From Octopus vulgaris (Eukaryota): a DNA stretch of 64,000 bases. How positions within the stretch are numbered: position 1 is the first letter of the stretch; each line of letters begins with the position of its first letter. This document shows, piece by piece, positions 56,079 through 64,000 of the stretch. The notes under the pieces were generated by a model, which did not search any database, was not told the origin of the DNA, and saw nothing but the letters and a program-made list of their open reading frames with translations. Made by a program: the position numbers and the translations under genes. The DNA is taken from assembly GCA_951406725.2 (NCBI GenBank), contig OX597817.1:49228001-49292000 (forward strand), given 5' to 3'.

Positions 56079-56112
56079 TTTGACGTTTCGAGCCTACGTT
56101 CTTCCACAGAAA
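56079..56112 (-). ncRNA. Minimal hammerhead-like motif, family H5 (CUGUGGA core)
   Basis: Minus strand ttt-CTGTGGA-a-gaac-gtag-gctc-GAAAC-GTC-aaa. Confidence 0.55.
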
Positions 56113-56236
56113 GGATTGAGGGGGAAAAAACTGAAAGAGAACAGAAAAACCGGAGCGAGGAAAAGATGTGAATTAAACTATATTTGTTCCACCTCCTCGC
56201 GTTGTTGTGTTTTTTTGTGCTTTCTTCTTTAGATTA

Positions 56237-56287
<51 letters not shown>

Positions 56288-56290
56288 CAT

Positions 56291-56454
56291 GGGCGCAGCC
56301 GTGGCTGTGTGGTAAGAAGCTTACATCCTAACTACATAGTTCTGGGTTCAGCCCCACTGTGTGGGACTTTGGGCAAGTGCTTTCTACTATAGCCTCGTGC
56401 CGACCAAAGACTTGTGAGTGGATTTGGTAGACAGGAACTGAAAAAAGCGTGTCC

Positions 56455-56455
<1 letters not shown>
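56291..56455 (+). mobile_element. SINE family A, 5' half
   Basis: gggcgcagccgtggctgtgtggtaagaagc head plus CORE-like segment. Confidence 0.85.
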
Positions 56456-56487
<32 letters not shown>

Positions 56488-56580
56488 GAGACACTATATA
56501 GTTAGTAAATAAATATATATGGGCGGCGTATTAGACAGTGTGTGTTAGTGATTATATACACATGATCATATCTGTATATG

Positions 56581-56617
<37 letters not shown>

Positions 56618-56621
<4 letters not shown>

Positions 56622-56947
56622 AATATTAGGGAATAAATCCAAACTTACAGGGAAAAATCAGATTTAAGATTGAATCCAATTTTATAGTAAAATATTATAT
56701 TATTAAATTAGAGACAAAACTACTATTATGCAAATCAAACAAAGAAAGACTTAAGCCAATACATAAATTAATTTATATTATTTAGAAATGTAACAATTAT
56801 TAATATCCACTACGATCGTTTCGTGTCTTCAGTCATCAAATCTATGAGTAGTAGACATTCATCAGGTGGTTTCAGAATATTCTTGGCGAGTTTTAAACAA
56901 TTTCTTTGTTTGATTTGCATAATAGTGGTTTTGTCTCTAATTTAATA
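56618..56947. mobile_element. TA-embedded element, family H2, with 47-bp inverted repeat
   Basis: The left end is homologous to 12061-12240. 56701-56747 and 56901-56947 are inverted copies. (TA)n lies on both sides. Confidence 0.8.
56807..56869 (-). ncRNA. Hammerhead ribozyme motif, family H2 (canonical core)
   Basis: Minus strand ccac-CTGATGA-atgtct...agacac-GAAAC-gatc-GTA-gtgg with palindromic helix III ACGATCGT. Confidence 0.85.
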
Positions 56948-56953
56948 TAATAT

Positions 56954-57022
<69 letters not shown>

Positions 57023-57364
57023 AATAAAATATATGCATATATATAAACATATATGTACGTACCTACCTCTACATGTACATATACACGCATATATGTGTAC
57101 AGGACACCAAAAGGACGTCGAACACATAGAGAGACGAAAAACATAGACACAAACCAAGGAACAAGACAAGCAAAAAAAAGGAGATACAGGACAATAAGCA
57201 CAACGAAAAATCCCCTTCTTCAGTCGCTAAAGTTTCATCTACTAAACGTTTCAAAGGATAAAAGCGAGACGTATACTTCGAATGAAAAATTCCTTCCTGC
57301 GAAAAGCAAATCAATTAAAATTCTGAGATCTTGTCGCAGAGGGGTAAAAAAAGCAAGACGGTAA

Positions 57365-57462
<98 letters not shown>

Positions 57463-57575
57463 GCATATAGAGATATGATTATGTGTATATACAGTCATAT
57501 ACGCCGCCCATAAACAATATTTATTTACTATCTATATAGTGACTCTTTGTTTCTCATTTTCTCATGCGTTTAAAT

Positions 57576-57634
<59 letters not shown>

Positions 57635-57932
57635 CGTGTGCATAGAGGGTTAGGTGTCGCATACAGACATTGAATACTGAGAAAAAAGGTCGAAGGAATT
57701 CTGGAAAGAAATACTTTAATTTATTCATTATTAGCGCTTACGTTCGATTCTCGAGCTAGCGGTAATAAAAATAAATAAATAAATAAGATTTTTTCTATTA
57801 TTTTGACGACCTTTTTTCTCAATATATCTATATATTGAGAAATGCATACATAAATGCATACATATATATATATATGTGTATGTATGTATACATGTATATA
57901 TATATGTATGTATGTATGTATGTATGCATGTA

Positions 57933-57977
<45 letters not shown>

Positions 57978-58184
57978 ACATATTGACATATGAAGAAAGG
58001 GTCCCAGAGAGAAATAGCGAAGGAGAAGGGGAGAAATTATATAGATATATAGATAAATACAACGGATTGACCGATCGATGCTTATAAGTATATATGTGCA
58101 TGCGTACTATGTGTGGGTCTTTGTGTGACTGTCTGTATGTGTATGCATGTGAGCGTGTATATGTGTGTGTGTGTGTGTGTCTGT

Positions 58185-58234
<50 letters not shown>

Positions 58235-58324
58235 ATTGGACTTTGAAAAAAGTTTCGAAAGCTTTATGACTGTCTATGTGCGTGTATGAATAACATTTAT
58301 ACGCACAAAAATATATACATATTA

Positions 58325-58387
<63 letters not shown>

Positions 58388-58427
58388 ATATTTATATATA
58401 TATATATTATATATATATGTATGTATA

Positions 58428-58561
<134 letters not shown>

Positions 58562-58813
58562 CGCGCACGCACACACACACACACACGCACATATAAAGAG
58601 AGAGATAGAAACAGGAATAAAGGGAACAAGGCATGCGCGTGTTCGTCAAAATTCATTTAATAGATACAGGCATATTCAGTGATCATACCAGATCGAATTC
58701 TTAAAATCGAACCTCAAAAAAACAGGAGACATAATCCATTTAAACAAGAGTTGGCAAGAGGAAATGTCGCGGTGCCGCTTATCTGGACAGGTGGTGGCTA
58801 TACACACACACAC

Positions 58814-58868
<55 letters not shown>

Positions 58869-58887
58869 TAGATAGATAGATAGATAC

Positions 58888-58926
<39 letters not shown>

Positions 58927-59665
58927 TACATACATATGAATACATACATTTGCAGACATACACACACACACACACGTACTTTTATAAGTAGAGTGGAGCC
59001 AATGAAGTTTCGGACGATTAATCTTTGTTAGATAATCCGATGGAGACAATTAGGCCTAGATTTCAAAGTTACTGTCACCACTTTTCTTAAAATATATACT
59101 TTACCAAAAGCATTAATTAATTCTTCAGTTTTATGTAAAATTGTTTCTATTACGACATAAAATCAAACAAACACATTCCCAACAATCCTTCTAAAAGCTT
59201 GTGAGTGAGTCCTAGCAAGACCACTGCAGTCCCTCTTTCAGTGCTTCCTTGCAACTGACAAACTTCCAAGCAAATTCCCGCATGCACCAAATGTCAATTT
59301 CTAAAAAGAATTAGTGAAGTAAAATTATGTAGCAACACCAAATGGCGGTGTCCCAACATAGCCACAGCTCATGTGCTGAAACTAGACCAAATCAATTCAA
59401 ATCAATTGAAATGTATATACACACATATAAACAAGGGTTACGGAATAGAGTAGGAAAGATCCGGGTTATATATGTTTCATAGCGAGCGGGACCTCAGAAG
59501 TGGTAAAATTCAAGTGGTGTGTATACCGCCGGCTACCCTTCCGGCCAAAGATATCTTCTCCTCTCATACTGTGCTCTCTACACATTTTGCCTGAATCATG
59601 TTTGCGCCAACATGGGACAATGTAACTTGGGACAATGTAACTTTTAATCTAATCAAGATATACTT

Positions 59666-59748
59666 GGTCTGAAGAGTAGCCGGCGGTATACACCTCACTT
59701 GGATTTTAGCACTTTTGAGGTTCCACTCGCTATGAAACATACGTAGCC
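59666..59748 (+). ncRNA. Hammerhead ribozyme motif, family H7, tandem copy 1
   Basis: ggt-CTGAAGA-gtagc-(long loop)-gctat-GAAAC-atac-GTA-gcc. Confidence 0.7.
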
Positions 59749-59760
59749 TGAAACATACTT

Positions 59761-59843
59761 GGCCTGAAGAGTAGCCGGCGGTATACACCTCACTTGGATT
59801 TTAGCACTTTTGAGGTTCCACTCGCTATGAAACATACGTAGCC
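59761..59843 (+). ncRNA. Hammerhead ribozyme motif, family H7, tandem copy 2
   Basis: ggc-CTGAAGA-gtagc-(long loop)-gctat-GAAAC-atac-GTA-gcc. Confidence 0.72.
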
Positions 59844-60137
59844 CGAATCTTTCTTACTCTATTCCATAATTCTTGTATTCTTATTCGCACACCCAGCAAC
59901 ACTGGTCGCCTACCGTGGAGTATCAAAAGAACTTTTTACATCTTATCGTTACGAAAATAATCAACAACCATCTATTTCAATAAACCACTATTGTCCCTGA
60001 AAGTTGTTTCTTTTTTATATTTACTACGGATTGATTGAAGTAACTTTCTCCCTATACCTTGATCCCGGGATCTTACGTTTATATATACATGCGCGCACAC
60101 ACACACACACACACTCACACACACACACACACATACA

Positions 60138-60271
<134 letters not shown>

Positions 60272-60302
60272 AATATGTATGTATATATATATAAATTTAT
60301 AT

Positions 60303-60543
60303 AAATAAGGATAAGATAGTGATTTAAATTCCCAGCATGGGAATAAAAACCTTCAAAGGTAATAATTATTATTAAAATTATAATTTAGGGTATCTAAGAG
60401 ATACCACCACGTTGAAAATAGCAGCCAAAACTTGACTCTAAAACCACTCTCCTGGTGGTGTATGAACATTTAATGTAGTTTTAGTCAAGTTTTGGCTACT
60501 ATTTCCAAACTGGTGGTATCTCTTAGATACCCTAAATCATAAT
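60303..60543. mobile_element. TA-embedded fold-back element, about 60-bp imperfect arms
   Basis: 60377-60437 versus 60483-60543; related termini beside (TA)n at 8611-8757 and 61281-61395. Confidence 0.7.
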
Positions 60544-61214
60544 ATATATATATATATATATATGCATTTATGTATGTATGTATGTATGTATGTATGTATG
60601 TATGTATGTATGTATGTATTCATGTATGTATATATGTATGTATGTATGTATATATGCATGCATGTATAGTTATGTATGTATCGGAAGGGTGGATACCGAA
60701 CCAGATAAAGTCATAAAAGTAAATTATAGCGGGTATTTAAATATTGGGTTAAAAGTTCCTAATAGCGCACTATGTAGAGTTACTTTACCAAAATAATTTT
60801 ATTCTTTCTAATTCGTTTCGAAACATAAAGCGACACAATGTTTCCTACTTTAAGCTTGCTTCCGATTGGTTTCTACAAGAAATAGTCCTGGTATCAATAA
60901 GTGATACATATTGAATTACTATCGGAGTAACTATCTTTTGTCCAACAGTGGATGACGATGTAAATAGGGCTTGAACGATTTAGATCAAACACAAGCTTGA
61001 TTCTATCATATACTCTATGTCTCCTCTATGTGTAATATTTTGATATCCATTACTTCTTGTTCTTTAATTCACAAGATATTAATCACATCACAGACTTAGG
61101 TAGATTTGCACTGCTATTAATTAAACATCAAGTTTAGATAAGATAAAATTTCATCCTGGCTTACGTGTGTATGTGCATATATGTATGTGTATACACACAT
61201 ATATACATAAATAT

Positions 61215-61283
<69 letters not shown>

Positions 61284-61427
61284 AGGATAAGATCGATATT
61301 TAAATACTGATCTTAGGTGGCCAGCATGGAAATAAAAACTTTCAAAGGCAATAATTATTATTACAATTATAATTTAGGTTATTTAAGAGATATTGATATG
61401 TATATATATATTGTATATATATATATG

Positions 61428-61474
<47 letters not shown>

Positions 61475-61588
61475 ATATAAATATTGCATATATGTATATA
61501 TATATATTGTATATATGTATATATAAATATATATTGTATATATGTGTATATATATATGTATGTATATATATATGTATGTATATATGTG

Positions 61589-61615
<27 letters not shown>

Positions 61616-61620
<5 letters not shown>

Positions 61621-61779
61621 CGTATGTATATATTATATGTACCCGTTTATCTATGCATGTACGTATATATGCCTATAGATATGTGTGAAGGTATATAGTG
61701 GTATAAATATATAAACACGATGACATACAAATGTGCATACAATATATACATATATGTATATATACACGCACACACAAAC

Positions 61780-61873
<94 letters not shown>

Positions 61874-62037
61874 GTTTGTGTGTGCGTGTATATATACATA
61901 TATGTATATATTGTATGCACATTTGTATGTCATCGTGTTTATATATTTATACCACTATATACCTTCACACATATCTATAGGCATATATACGTACATGCAT
62001 AGATAAACGGGTACATATAATATATACATACGTACAT
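61616..62037. repeat. 422-bp palindrome centred on a (TA)n run
   Basis: About 175 bp on each side of the TA run are exact reverse complements (acccgtttatctatgcatgtacg / cgtacatgcatagataaacgggt). Confidence 0.92.
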
Positions 62038-62078
62038 GACTGCATATAGAAAGCATGTATTCGCGCGCGCACTTTCTC

Positions 62079-62174
<96 letters not shown>

Positions 62175-62660
62175 TGTGTGCATTCCACTGCTTCACAATA
62201 GCAGCAAAAACTCTGAAGAAATGAAAACAACTAACAATATATGTTCAATTGTTTTCGTCAGTCGACAACTGTCACAAAATTTTTCCTACGAATGTCAATT
62301 GTCCTACTCTTAACCTGGTAATTTATCCAACGAATAACAATAGCAATTGTCCCACTCTTATCCCGGTAGGACACCAACCGTGACCGATATTGATTTGATA
62401 CCGATTTAAATTCTGTCCTGATATTTGGATCGAAACGTATTGGAATTTTAGGACTGAAACATCGATACTTTAAATGAAAAGTAAATTCTTTGTACTGCAC
62501 CTCTATGTTACCTCTTCTACACTGTTCAAATATACATATCCGCATAAACATTAACACACACACACACAAATAAATATATGTATGTCTGACGATATATGTA
62601 TACATGTTTATTGGCGTATGTATATATATATATATCGATGGGTGAATGAATTATTTATTC

Positions 62661-62694
<34 letters not shown>

Positions 62695-62696
<2 letters not shown>

Positions 62697-62812
62697 GACG
62701 GGCCTTCAGTTCCTGTCTACCAAATCCACTCACAAGGCTTTGGTCGGTTCGAGGCTATAGTAGAAGACATCTGCCCAAGGGGCCACGCAGTGGATCTGAC
62801 CCTAGAACCAGC
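62695..62812 (-). mobile_element. SINE family A fragment
   Basis: gtctaccaaatccactcacaaggctttggtcgg...gccacgcagtgg. Confidence 0.8.
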
Positions 62813-62837
62813 GACTCTTGGTATGTACACACACACG

Positions 62838-62924
<87 letters not shown>

Positions 62925-63165
62925 CTTATAAAATAAGGGCAAGAGAAAAATTCTAATGCCAAATATGCCGAAAAAAAGACAACAAGCATTATAATTTATG
63001 CGTCTCGAAACATGCCGATAGAAATTTCTAAAAAATTCCGTTATAACCGTATTGGTCCCAATTTCGGAGTTAATTCATAAGAATTTTCCCCTCGTCATAA
63101 ATGGAATACTTACTCATACCCACGGAAAAAGCAAGCACTAAGTACCCCAAATAGATCCAAAATAG

Positions 63166-63212
<47 letters not shown>

Positions 63213-63671
63213 AAACTTAAAAGGTTATTGTTCATGGCCGGTCACCGAGTGACCATTGGTTTCGCACCTTTAGAATCCTCAGTGGTATGAATGATTCAGT
63301 AGTCTCGTTGGCCGGAGGAATACACAGTTTATGTGCCTCCCACGCATCACCTATACCGCTAAAAACAATATAATTGCGAAATCAATGGTCATTCCTAGAC
63401 CAGCCATAACCAACAATATTCTTAATAATTACTAATTAAATATCTTAGTCTGCTGACTGATTATATAATTTTTAATTGTCAGACAATTATCCAATATTTC
63501 AAAGACCATATCTATTCCTTTTATATAGAAAGAGAAACTGCGAGGAATATCAACAAATTCTGTTGTTTTATATATTTTCTAGTTTCTATGTTTCTTTACA
63601 TGTGTATATACGTGCACATAGACACATACAAACACACACACACACACACACACACACGCATATATATAGAG

Positions 63672-63735
<64 letters not shown>

Positions 63736-63788
63736 TGATTGATTGATTGATAGATAGGTGGATAGATAGATAAGATAGATAGATAGAT

Positions 63789-63863
<75 letters not shown>

Positions 63864-63877
63864 GCGGTTAGATAGAT

Positions 63878-63912
<35 letters not shown>

Positions 63913-63962
63913 ACAGACAGACATATAGATAGATGGATAGATAGATAGATAGATGCACATAC

Positions 63963-63993
<31 letters not shown>

Positions 63994-64000
63994 GCCTTAT

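Larger units (their letters stand above)
59431..59876. mobile_element. Family H7 element: one inverted arm plus a 95-bp tandem duplication
   Basis: 59431-59548 is a diverged reverse complement of 59759-59876, and 59660-59748 is repeated at 59755-59843. Confidence 0.8.

Noticed and set aside
57100-57365. TA-flanked element containing CTGAAGA and GAAACGTT on the minus strand
   Set aside because: The motifs are in the wrong order and lack pairing for a hammerhead.

Overview
This is a very AT-rich, microsatellite-saturated eukaryotic window. Its tRNA-derived SINE families resemble those described from Octopus, so a cephalopod source is inferred but not proven. I see no convincing host protein-coding exon, and nearly all listed ORFs are translations of (TA)n, (CA)n or (ATT)n runs. 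Supported features are one intact tRNA-Gly(TCC), three SINE families in many copies, a 5'-truncated CR1/L2-group LINE with an open 436-codon RT frame, an RTE LINE with a twin-priming-type 5' inversion and 14-bp TSD, Tc1/mariner remnants (DD34E-type, DD41D, mariner), and two non-autonomous Helitrons. The main finding is a set of about 14 intact or near-intact minimal hammerhead-ribozyme motifs plus several decayed ones, in at least six unrelated sequence families. They lie in short non-coding elements, mostly in or beside (TA)n runs, and often form fold-back palindromes with an outward-pointing ribozyme on each strand. Helix III is usually self-complementary, with compensatory changes between related copies, and two variant cores recur (CCGAYGA and CUGUNGA). 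The best interpretation is non-autonomous Penelope-like or retrozyme-type elements. Ribozyme activity is inferred from motif and pairing only.
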